32,000 bases of DNA, taken from the NCBI GenBank assembly GCA_000830275.1, contig CP010424.1, forward strand, positions 1,110,001 to 1,142,000. Reading direction: 5' to 3'. The translations under genes were made by a program, and so were the position numbers. Shown here piece after piece: positions 8,423 to 16,105 of the stretch. The stretch's first letter is position 1. Each line of letters opens with the position of its first letter. The notes beneath the pieces were generated by a model. That model saw only the letters and a program-made list of their open reading frames with translations, searched no databases and was not told the origin of the DNA. The stretch is from an archaeon GW2011_AR10 (GTDB lineage Archaea > Iainarchaeota > Iainarchaeia > Iainarchaeales > GW2011-AR10).

Positions 8423-10531
8423 TTACTGTTTAGGCTTTTGTATAACCGCGGTTGAAATGGCTTCAGAGTCCTTCTTTTTTACAGTATTTTCAAGCTTTTT
8501 TTCCCCAGCTTTTTTCCAGTCTGCTTTTGAAGGGCATTGCGGGAAAATGCACATTTCGTAACGGTATCGTTTTCCAAAAACTTTTATAACTGGCTTTCCG
8601 CACTGCTCGCAGAGCTTGTCAGTGGAAACAATTTTTCCCTTCTGTGGAAGAGGATATGTATTCATGCAGTCAGGGTATCGGTTGCATGCAAGGAACCACT
8701 TGCCGTTCTTGCTCTTGAGCTTTCTCAGTTGGCCTTTACCGCACTTGTCGCATGTTCCAATAACTGAGTCGGCTTGCAGTGCTTTCCGCAAGTCGCTCCC
8801 AACATTATTCTTGTTCTTAAGCATGTCCTCCAGTATGATTCCCAAAAAGTCCCTTGACTCGTCCACAACCTCTTTTTTTGATTTTTTGCCTGCTGCAACC
8901 AAGTCCATTTCTTTTTCTAGTTCTGCAGTCATCTTTGGCTCGGTTACCCTCTTAGCGTACTTATCCAGTGAATCAATTACTGCAAAGGCAACCTGGTTTG
9001 GCTCCATTGCCTTTAGCCCGGCAATGTAATGCCTTGCATAAAGCTTTTGAAGTATCTCGTGCCTTGTAGCCTTTGTGCCGAGATTCAAGTCCTCCATTAG
9101 CTTGATAAGGCTTGACTGAGAGTAACGCGGCGGCGGCACAGTTTCCTTTTCAAGCAAGTTCATTTTCAGCAGCTTCACTTCATCTCCTTCAAGCATTTCC
9201 GGCAGGATTACTTCAGTGATTTTAGAGTAAGGGTAGACGTCCTTCCAGCCCGCCTTCAAAATAAGCTGCCCCCTTGCAATGAATGGCTCGCCATTAACAT
9301 GGATTTCAACACTCTGGTTTTCAGTTTCAGCGTCCTCTGAGAGAGTGGCAAGGAACCTCCTAACAATCAGCTCGTAAATTTTCCACTGCCTTTCACTCAA
9401 TTTGCTTTTAGGGGCAGCAGAAACAGGGTGAATTGGAGGATGGTCTTTTGAAGCTTTCTCGCCGGCGCTTGGCACAAGCTTGCCTCTGCTGAGAATTTCT
9501 CCAACCAAATGAGAGAACTCGTTTACTTTCACCATCTCGTCCAGTATCTGCTTCAAGTCAATTGTTGGGGGGTAATGTGTGTTATCCGTTCTTGGGTAAG
9601 ATGTATAACCCTGCTGGTAGAGGAACTCTGCGTGGTTCATGGCTTCCCCTACACTCATTCCAATTGCTGTTGCAGCACGCAAAAAGTTGGTTGTATTGAA
9701 TGGTGTTGGCCTTGCAAGAACTCGCTTCTTCCTTGAAATGCTTTTTACAATTCCGCGTTCGGATTTTTTTTCCATAATTTTTTCGGCAGTTTCCTTGTCC
9801 CACATCTGACCATTCTTGTGTTCTGTCTCAAAATTTTTGGAATCCTTTTCGAACAGCGCTGAAACAACCCAGTACTTCTTTGATTTGAACGCGTTCCGTT
9901 CCTTTTCCCTTTTTACAAGTATTGCGAGCACAGGTGTCTGCACCCTGCCAGCGCTCAAAAAGTCCTTTCCAAGCTGGCCGCTTACAAGCGACAGAAAACG
10001 CGTTAAAACAGCTCCCCAAAGGAGGTCAATTTCCCGCCGTGAATCAGCTGAATCAGCAAAGTTGAAGTCAACTTTTGCCAGTTTTGCGAAGGCATCCTCT
10101 ATGTCCTTCTGCGTTATTGCCGAAAAATACGCTCTTTTCACTGCAATTTTTGGCTTTGATTGCTTGACAATGTTCAGCGCTTCAACACCAATTGATTCTC
10201 CCTCGCGGTCAGCATCAGTTGCAATAATCACTTCATCAGCTTTTTCTCCAAGGCTTTTCAAAGCGGAGGCAATCACCTTCTCTTTGGTTAAGTACTCTAT
10301 CTCCGCTGTTGCAAGCTTCTTTAAGTCGGTTCCAAGCCAGTAGCTGTACTTTTTTGGGAAATCAACGTCAACAATGTGGCCCCGCAGCGGCACAACAACC
10401 CAGTCTTGCTCCGCTCTCTTGAAGGAGAAAATAATTGCTTTGCCGGAAGCAGTGGCAGGTACTTCCTTGCCTGCGAGAATCGAGGCAATCCTTCTCCCAG
10501 CAATGGCTTTCTCTGAAATAATCATCTTCAT
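8423..10531 (-). CDS. topA: type IA DNA topoisomerase
   Basis: TOPRIM motif IIATDADREGE, catalytic Tyr region GYTSYPRTDN, and C-terminal zinc ribbons (CDKCGKG..CNRYPDC and CEQCGKP..CIFPQC). Confidence 0.95.
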   Translation of the reverse strand: MKMIISEKAIAGRRIASILAGKEVPATASGKAIIFSFKRAEQDWVVVPLRGHIVDVDFPKKYSYWLGTDLKKLATAEIEYLTKEKVIASALKSLGEKADEVIIATDADREGESIGVEALNIVKQSKPKIAVKRAYFSAITQKDIEDAFAKLAKVDFNFADSADSRREIDLLWGAVLTRFLSLVSGQLGKDFLSAGRVQTPVLAILVKREKERNAFKSKKYWVVSALFEKDSKNFETEHKNGQMWDKETAEKIMEKKSERGIVKSISRKKRVLARPTPFNTTNFLRAATAIGMSVGEAMNHAEFLYQQGYTSYPRTDNTHYPPTIDLKQILDEMVKVNEFSHLVGEILSRGKLVPSAGEKASKDHPPIHPVSAAPKSKLSERQWKIYELIVRRFLATLSEDAETENQSVEIHVNGEPFIARGQLILKAGWKDVYPYSKITEVILPEMLEGDEVKLLKMNLLEKETVPPPRYSQSSLIKLMEDLNLGTKATRHEILQKLYARHYIAGLKAMEPNQVAFAVIDSLDKYAKRVTEPKMTAELEKEMDLVAAGKKSKKEVVDESRDFLGIILEDMLKNKNNVGSDLRKALQADSVIGTCDKCGKGQLRKLKSKNGKWFLACNRYPDCMNTYPLPQKGKIVSTDKLCEQCGKPVIKVFGKRYRYEMCIFPQCPSKADWKKAGEKKLENTVKKKDSEAISTAVIQKPKQ

Positions 10532-10550
10532 TCAATCAACTCAAGCTATG

Positions 10551-10771
10551 GCAAAATGCTTATTTATTTGAACAAAAATTGCATTTTGCAACTAGCAAAC
10601 AGCAAATTAATGCTCAAAAATCAAAGCTGTTTGCTATATATCAAATGACATTAATAATTGAACATTTATTATTCATTTGCTATAGCAGGCGACATTAATT
10701 TTTGAGCATTTATTGTCGCCTGACAGATAGCAAATGACCTTATTTTTTCAAATATTTTCGCCATTTGCTAT
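10551..10771. repeat. family-1 array A: five contiguous ~44-bp palindromic modules
   Basis: Inverted-repeat arms at 10551-59/10581-89, 10593-603/10626-36, 10637-48/10673-84, 10686-94/10714-22 and 10727-36/10762-71. AT-rich 19-25 nt loops. Junction motif TTTGC-TATA-GCAAA. Confidence 0.85.
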
Positions 10772-10794
10772 ATTTTTGGCATCAGCAAGAAAAA

Positions 10795-11361
10795 TCAGGT
10801 TTTCTGGATTTTTTTCAGCTTATCCCAGTAAAGCACCAGCGCTATAATTACTACTGCTAACGCAACCAGTGAAATGCTCAACAAAAAGCTTGCGTCTTCT
10901 CCGGCAGAAACCGGCGAAGCCAAGGGCGCGGCCCCTTTCACTGTTTCTTCAGCGATTCCAATTTCTTCAAAGGCCCTGCCATCACTGGCATTGGAAGTTA
11001 GTGCTGGTTGCTGCAATAATCCAATTGAGCCCAGCAACATCAGCAGCACTCCAGCGAACGCAACCGAGGCAACGCTTAACACAATCAGCACTGTTGTCTC
11101 TGTTTCCTTTGCTTTCACAAGCTGCTTTCCCTTTCGCGTCAAGGAATAGTACTTCCACTTCCTTCCCTCATCTATTAGTTCAACGAGCCTGTTTTCCAGC
11201 AGAACTCCTAAATGCTGCTTCGTGCTTGGGCTGCTCAATGAAAGCTTTTTTGCCAGTTCCGTCAATGTATGGTTTCTTTCATCCAGCAGCTTCAAGATTT
11301 TTACTCGGTTCTCGGAGGAAAGGGACTTGAATTCTGGGGCTGAAAGCGTTATCTCCGGCAT
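10795..11361 (-). CDS. ArsR-type wHTH regulator with C-terminal membrane anchor
   Basis: FKSLSSENRVKILKLLDERNHTLTELAKKLSLSSPSTKQHLGVLLENRLVELIDEGRKWKYYSLTRKG is an ArsR/SmtB-like wHTH. It is followed by two hydrophobic segments (VLIVLSVASVAFAGVLLMLLG and LLSISLVALAVVIIALVLYW). Confidence 0.75.
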   Translation of the reverse strand: MPEITLSAPEFKSLSSENRVKILKLLDERNHTLTELAKKLSLSSPSTKQHLGVLLENRLVELIDEGRKWKYYSLTRKGKQLVKAKETETTVLIVLSVASVAFAGVLLMLLGSIGLLQQPALTSNASDGRAFEEIGIAEETVKGAAPLASPVSAGEDASFLLSISLVALAVVIIALVLYWDKLKKIQKT

Positions 11362-11379
11362 TTTTGTCCTCTTTAAAGC

Positions 11380-11718
11380 TCACGGAAACAAGATTATGAG
11401 CAGAACCAGCATTGCAAACAACAACAAAGCAAGATCCCTGTTATAGTATGCAATCAAACCCACAATTGCTGGCGCGATTATCAGCAGGGGAGTGAAACCA
11501 ACCAATGGTGTCTGGGTTATTACAACTGCGTAAACTGCTCCGATTGTTATCAGGAAAAAAAGGAATGCAACAAACGTGGCAATTTTTCCCGTAACATAAT
11601 CCCCGATTCTTTCAAACAAGGGGTCACTTCTGCATGCCTTCCCAGATTTAGTCTTTTTGGGCGCTTCAGTTTCCTCTTCAACTTCTTCCTCTTCTTCCCC
11701 GGATTCCTCTTCCGCCAT
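11380..11718 (-). CDS. small membrane protein with acidic N-terminus
   Basis: MAEEESGEEEEEVEEETE followed by three predicted TM helices. Lies 18 nt upstream of the ArsR-like gene on the same strand. Confidence 0.6.
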   Translation of the reverse strand: MAEEESGEEEEEVEEETEAPKKTKSGKACRSDPLFERIGDYVTGKIATFVAFLFFLITIGAVYAVVITQTPLVGFTPLLIIAPAIVGLIAYYNRDLALLLFAMLVLLIILFP

Positions 11719-11810
11719 ATTTTTATATAGGGGCTTCTACCCTTTTTAAGTGTTTCATTTTGTTAAGTCAACTGCTTTACAATTCCTTTCCCCAAAAATC
11801 GCGGTTAAAT

Positions 11811-11921
11811 GTGCCTTGCGGCACAGCCTTTTAAAAAAAGGCTGGCGAAAATGTGGCTTCGCCGAAGCCTTTTAAAAAAAGGCTGGCGAAAATGTGCCTT
11901 GCGGCAAAACCTTTTTATAGC
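11811..11921. repeat. family-2 array A: 41-bp tandem units of AGCCTTTTAAAAAAAGGCT plus a GGCGAA..TTCGCC hairpin
   Basis: Palindrome copies at 11825-11843 and 11866-11884. Hairpins gtgccttgcggcac (11811-24), ggcgaaaatgtggcttcgcc (11844-63) and gtgccttgcggca (11894-906). The array ends in AAACCTTTTTATAGC (11907-21). Confidence 0.8.
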
Positions 11922-11951
11922 AATTAAGTTCTATTACATTAGAATTAAGAT

Positions 11952-12836
11952 TTGTGTGACTCTTTAATGTTTTTGCAGCAAGACCTAGTTTCAGAAATTT
12001 TTTATACATTAGGGATAATCCCAGATTATGTTACGATTCAACTAGTGCCGGGAATTCTAAACGGTCAAGCGTTTGAAATAATTGTTGGATTTCTTTTGGC
12101 TCTCATTCTGCTAATGATACTTTACAAAGGAACCCAATTAATGTATAATTTTATTAAGCGCTTTTTCTTTTTCTTGTTTATTATATTGGTGCTTTGGCTA
12201 TTTCTTAGGAATTTTGGGCATAAGATTTTCACACAAAACCCTGATCCTGTTATTGCTATCATTGGAATAATTGGTTTGCTTTTGGGTTTGGCTGCATTCA
12301 TTATCTCGGTTTTTTCATTAAAACACCATGCCATACAAATGACCACAAAAGGAACCGTTCCTGTAGAAGAAGAAATAACGGTGAAAGAGCCGAGTGCTCC
12401 AGCGATTAAGAAAACACAAATTCAGCAGCCTGAAATGCTTGCGGAGCAAGCGCTTATCCCGAAGGACTTTTACGGCCACCTTAAAACTGACAGGAGCCTG
12501 CTTGCTGTAATCAGCTATATTATAATTGCGCAGTTCGGGGTGTTTTCAGGCATAACAGTTTCCGCTCCAAACGTAGGCGTTGGCCTGGTTTTCTTTGCTG
12601 TCTTCTTCATTGCGGCATTCGCGTTCATTAAAATCTCTTACCACGACTACAGGCGCGGGGTAATGCACCTTGTTACTGCCTCCTTTTTCGGTGCAGCGCT
12701 TTCGATTGTACTGGGGCACTTCTGGGTGGAAGTCCCGCTTGAAACGCTGCTTTCCCTTAGGTACTTTGAAACCCCATCCATGGTTGCATTCGTGACCGGC
12801 ATTGCAGTTTCCCTCCTGCTTGGAAGCAAAGACTAA
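11952..12836 (+). CDS. polytopic membrane protein, function unknown
   Basis: Long ORF with at least 6 hydrophobic segments. GTG at 11952 or ATG at 11967. TATA-like CCTTTTTATAG lies 30-45 nt upstream. Confidence 0.7.
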   Translation: MCDSLMFLQQDLVSEIFYTLGIIPDYVTIQLVPGILNGQAFEIIVGFLLALILLMILYKGTQLMYNFIKRFFFFLFIILVLWLFLRNFGHKIFTQNPDPVIAIIGIIGLLLGLAAFIISVFSLKHHAIQMTTKGTVPVEEEITVKEPSAPAIKKTQIQQPEMLAEQALIPKDFYGHLKTDRSLLAVISYIIIAQFGVFSGITVSAPNVGVGLVFFAVFFIAAFAFIKISYHDYRRGVMHLVTASFFGAALSIVLGHFWVEVPLETLLSLRYFETPSMVAFVTGIAVSLLLGSKD

Positions 12837-13026
12837 AGAACTGCCAACAAAAAATTATGGAATTAACGGCGTCTTGCTGTTTTTCACGCATTTTGGGAGT
12901 TAAGGAGCAGGGAGCATTGCTCCCAGCAGAAGAATCAGTTTAGTGCCCTTAACTCTTTTGCCTAATTCAGTGAGCCTTTTCTGATACCATTACTGTTTCC
13001 CTGTTTTTAAACTTCTTTGAACACCT

Positions 13027-13048
13027 CACTGCCGGTGCAGTGCTTTTT
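13027..13048 (+). terminator. hairpin plus T5, terminator-like
   Basis: cactgc-cggt-gcagtg followed by cTTTTT, just upstream of the TATA-like AAAAAATTATATAG of gene 13105. Confidence 0.3.
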
Positions 13049-13104
13049 CCAACCGCAACTGCCAATGCAAAAAATTATATAGTTGGAGCGCCTTTTATTA
13101 ATGG

Positions 13105-13800
13105 ATGAATATTAATATTAGCATTGAAAAAAAGCCGGTCCTGGCTTTGGTTACATTAATTGCATTGGTGGCTATTTTCAGTTTGGTTATAGCCTATAAT
13201 CCAAACTGGCGCATTACTCCCGGAAACCCTGTTACTTTTGGTCACAGCCCCGACGAAATTGGAATTACCACAGTTTGCACCTTGGGGCAGGCACTAACTT
13301 TAACCGCAAGTGGTTGGAGTTGCGTTAATGTTGGGGGCGGCGGAGGCGGTCTTCAAATTGATTTTTCTGATATGGGGCAGACAATTTCCTCTGGTTCTGA
13401 TGGAACCCTGACTATTAATACCAATATTTTGCCTAATGGGGATTACCCTTATTACTCTGTTCCTCCTGGAGGCTCTAAGGAAATAATAATATTGGATTCC
13501 AGTTATGCAAACTACGCCGACACCAAGGCGGTTGTTATTGCCACCTATTTCGAGGGGGATGGTGGGGGCCCTGGCAGAGTATCATTTTATGTTGAGGCTA
13601 AAGACAGTTCTGGTTCGTGGAAAGTCATAAGCGTTGATGGTTTACACTTTAACGCAGCAGAAGGCTACCATCAGTCAGGTGCACAGTTTATTGTTCCGGC
13701 TGTCGGAAAAGGCCCTGCTGATTTAAGAATCAGGGTTCAATACGCTTCCGGTGCAACTTCAATAAAAATTATATTAAAAAGAGTCGGCGTAATTTATTAA
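13105..13800 (+). CDS. membrane-anchored extracellular protein, function unknown
   Basis: N-terminal anchor MNINISIEKKPVLALVTLIALVAIFSLVIAY, a Gly-run linker (GGGGGG), and a beta-rich C-terminal region. Confidence 0.75.
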   Translation: MNINISIEKKPVLALVTLIALVAIFSLVIAYNPNWRITPGNPVTFGHSPDEIGITTVCTLGQALTLTASGWSCVNVGGGGGGLQIDFSDMGQTISSGSDGTLTINTNILPNGDYPYYSVPPGGSKEIIILDSSYANYADTKAVVIATYFEGDGGGPGRVSFYVEAKDSSGSWKVISVDGLHFNAAEGYHQSGAQFIVPAVGKGPADLRIRVQYASGATSIKIILKRVGVIY

Positions 13801-13822
13801 TTGCGCAAAATTCTATTAATGG

Positions 13823-13852
13823 ATGAAAATTAATATTAGCGTTGAAAATTGA
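13823..13852 (+). other. 9-codon uORF or relic start (MKINISVEN*), homologous to the 5' end of gene 13105
   Basis: ttattaatggatgaatattaatattagcattgaaaa (13096-) matches ctattaatggatgaaaattaatattagcgttgaaaa (13813-). The second copy hits TGA 5 nt before ATG 13858. Confidence 0.3.
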
Positions 13853-13857
13853 TTCGA

Positions 13858-16008
13858 ATGAAAAAATTTTTTTCACAGTTGTTTGTGCTGCTTTTTCTGG
13901 TTTTTTTTATTCCGTTCGTTGCTGCACAGGACTGCACTATTAAGCCAAGCTGCCTTGCTTCAGAGTTTGCAGTTTTCTCTGTTCCAAGCACAACAAATGC
14001 TCACGCGTCAACCGCTGTTTCTGGTGCAGGCTCTTACTCCAATAAAGTCTGCTGCCCGTCCTCCGAATTTTCGGGCAACAGCTGCAGTGATCCAAATAAG
14101 GACGTTGCCCTGAACCTTTACAATGCAATGAACTCGCATGTAGAGCAGGATGGTTTGGGCAATTACTTTAATCCCGTTTGCCTTACTGCTGCAACGCAAG
14201 TAACCTGCTGGTACACAAGCGATGATTGTTCTGTTGCTGATGGTGTTGGAGTTGCAAGCATCTGGGATGGGCTCTGGGAAACAGGGGATGCAATTCAAAT
14301 CACTAACGCCCACGTTGAGCAATACAATGGCTCGGGCAATTACCCGATAAACGTTTGCTGTTCTGCTTCGGCTCCCTCAACTGATGTTTGCGGTGACGGA
14401 ACCGTTTCAGGCACAGAGGTTTGTGATCCTGCCCAAACTCCTGCAGAAATTGCGGCAATCTGCGGTGCAGGCAACGTCTGCGTTCCAGCTGGCCTTGCAA
14501 CTGAATGCACTTGCAATGCGCCTCCGATAGTGCAAATCATTGCACCTCCTGATGGGGCATCGTATGACATTGATGATGACATGCCCGTGTTGTTTGAAGG
14601 AACTGTAAGTGATATGGATGATGGCACAATATTTAACAGGTTTAATCCTCCTCCTCTTGGAAGGGTTGTGTGGCAGTCAAGCCTTGAAACAGTTGACGGC
14701 GGTTTCTTTGGTTGGGATGCCTTGTGGTTTGAGCGCCAGTTAACAAAAGTCGGAACACACACAATAACCCTTTATTACACTGATTCTGAGGCAGCGCAGG
14801 CAAGCACTACTGTTGACATCACTGTTTCGCAGTGCAGCGATGGAGCAGTTACAGGAGATGAAGAATGCGACATTGGCGGCATTAGTGGCGCGCCAGCCGT
14901 TGCATGCACGAACCCGGTTCAAACATGCAACCTTGACTGTGAATGTGTTTCAGGCCCTGCAACCCCAACATGCAATCTTTCAGTATCAGATAACACTGTC
15001 GGCCCCGGGGATTCAGTAACAGTTGACGTTTCATTGGACGATTTTTCTACAAATCCTACTACATTTGGCAGCGTTTCATGCGGTGATGCTGCCTCATATG
15101 AAGCAGACTTTTCCTGTACCGGCAACAATTGTTCCTTTTCCTGCGGCCCTTACTCAGCCAATGGAACAATAGAGAATTTGCAGTTGAATGATGGCGTAAC
15201 AACTGTAACTTGCAGTGGCGCGGTTGATATTAGTGTAGGCTCTCCAAGTGTGCCTTCGTGTTCAATTTATGCAATCCCCACAACAGTTGCTTCCGGTGGA
15301 AATGTTCTTGTAACTTTCATTTACTATGATTTCTCTGCAACCCCAAGCTTTTTAGGAATTGATTGCGGCAATGGCGCAACCCCAAGCTCCTTTAATTGCG
15401 CACCAACGTGCTATCTTACCTGCGATTCTTACTCAACCAATGGAACAATTGAGAACGCGGTTTTAAGTGATGGCGGAACCTCTGTTAACTGCGCAAACTC
15501 ATATAATATTACTGTTTCAGGCGGCCCCGGTCCAGGGCCTGCAGGAGATATTTGGGGTGTGAAGCTTTTGGCAAGCGATGATTACAATTCTTCGTCAAAC
15601 TTTAGGGTAATGGTTAGCATTACAAATTTTTCCACCGCACAAAAAGACGCTGATATTACTGTGCAGCTTGTTGACCACTTAAGCGGGCTGCCTCTTTCTC
15701 CAGCAATAACTGCAACAAAAACCATGCTTGTTGCCGGAAACAGCTCTACGCTTGATGTGGAATTCATTGAAGCAGATTTCTCTTCACCAATTCTTCCGAG
15801 AAATTACAGAGTTGTTGCTTCCGTTCCTGCCTACAATGATGGCATAACAATTGAAACTGTTATCGGAAACAATACTGATAGTAAAGTTGTTGTTGTCGGC
15901 GAGGCAAAGGCTGTTGCAATTTCCGAGCTGCCTTTGGAGCTTGTTGCAGTCATAGCTTTGGTTGTTTTAAGTATTCTTGGCGGTGCAGTTCCAGCCAAAA
16001 AAAATTGA
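13858..16008 (+). CDS. large Cys-rich surface protein (adhesin-like) with C-terminal TM anchor
   Basis: Signal peptide MKKFFSQLFVLLFLVFFIPFVAAQ. Three NAH(V)E..Y..VCC motifs. Two CxDGxxxGxExCD repeats. An Ig/PKD-like segment (..VVWQSSLETVDGGFFG..GTHTITLYYTDS..). An internal ~90-aa duplication. A CARDB-like segment. C-terminal anchor LELVAVIALVVLSILGG plus KKN. The track start 13849 is TTG. Confidence 0.85.
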   Translation: MKKFFSQLFVLLFLVFFIPFVAAQDCTIKPSCLASEFAVFSVPSTTNAHASTAVSGAGSYSNKVCCPSSEFSGNSCSDPNKDVALNLYNAMNSHVEQDGLGNYFNPVCLTAATQVTCWYTSDDCSVADGVGVASIWDGLWETGDAIQITNAHVEQYNGSGNYPINVCCSASAPSTDVCGDGTVSGTEVCDPAQTPAEIAAICGAGNVCVPAGLATECTCNAPPIVQIIAPPDGASYDIDDDMPVLFEGTVSDMDDGTIFNRFNPPPLGRVVWQSSLETVDGGFFGWDALWFERQLTKVGTHTITLYYTDSEAAQASTTVDITVSQCSDGAVTGDEECDIGGISGAPAVACTNPVQTCNLDCECVSGPATPTCNLSVSDNTVGPGDSVTVDVSLDDFSTNPTTFGSVSCGDAASYEADFSCTGNNCSFSCGPYSANGTIENLQLNDGVTTVTCSGAVDISVGSPSVPSCSIYAIPTTVASGGNVLVTFIYYDFSATPSFLGIDCGNGATPSSFNCAPTCYLTCDSYSTNGTIENAVLSDGGTSVNCANSYNITVSGGPGPGPAGDIWGVKLLASDDYNSSSNFRVMVSITNFSTAQKDADITVQLVDHLSGLPLSPAITATKTMLVAGNSSTLDVEFIEADFSSPILPRNYRVVASVPAYNDGITIETVIGNNTDSKVVVVGEAKAVAISELPLELVAVIALVVLSILGGAVPAKKN

Positions 16009-16059
16009 GCTACTGCGCGTAGAAGTGAATTTAAAGGCTCCTTGAGAATGCGCTGCCGG
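15961..16059 (+). repeat. 99-bp direct repeat, copy 1 (last 48 nt of the adhesin CDS plus 51 nt downstream)
   Basis: gttgttttaagtattcttggcggtgcagttccagccaaaaaaaattgagctactgcgcgtagaagtgaatttaaaggctccttgagaatgcgctgccgg. 92 of 99 positions match 16892-16990 with no indels. Confidence 0.9.
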
Positions 16060-16105
16060 CAAATCAAGACAAATAATTTTAAATGCATTTGTATACAATT
16101 GTAAT

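Noticed and set aside
10545-10775. Possible CRISPR array (regular ~44-bp periodicity)
   Set aside because: There is no constant direct repeat alternating with unique spacers. Each unit is itself an inverted repeat with a similar loop. Only 4-5 units per locus, and no cas genes in the window.
10566-10775. Bacterial sigma70-like promoters: TTGAAC-N17-TATAGC/TATATT spacing recurs in most family-1 units
   Set aside because: The host is archaeal (Orc1/Cdc6, RFC, Cdc48, BHB intron), so sigma70 promoters have no cognate machinery. The spacing follows simply from the 44-bp unit geometry.
15985-16005. ORB-like GTTCCAG box (present in both 99-bp repeat copies) as an Orc1 binding site
   Set aside because: Only 7 nt match the classical ORB core. 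Copy 1 lies inside the adhesin coding sequence, and the two copies are direct rather than inverted around an AT-rich unwinding element.
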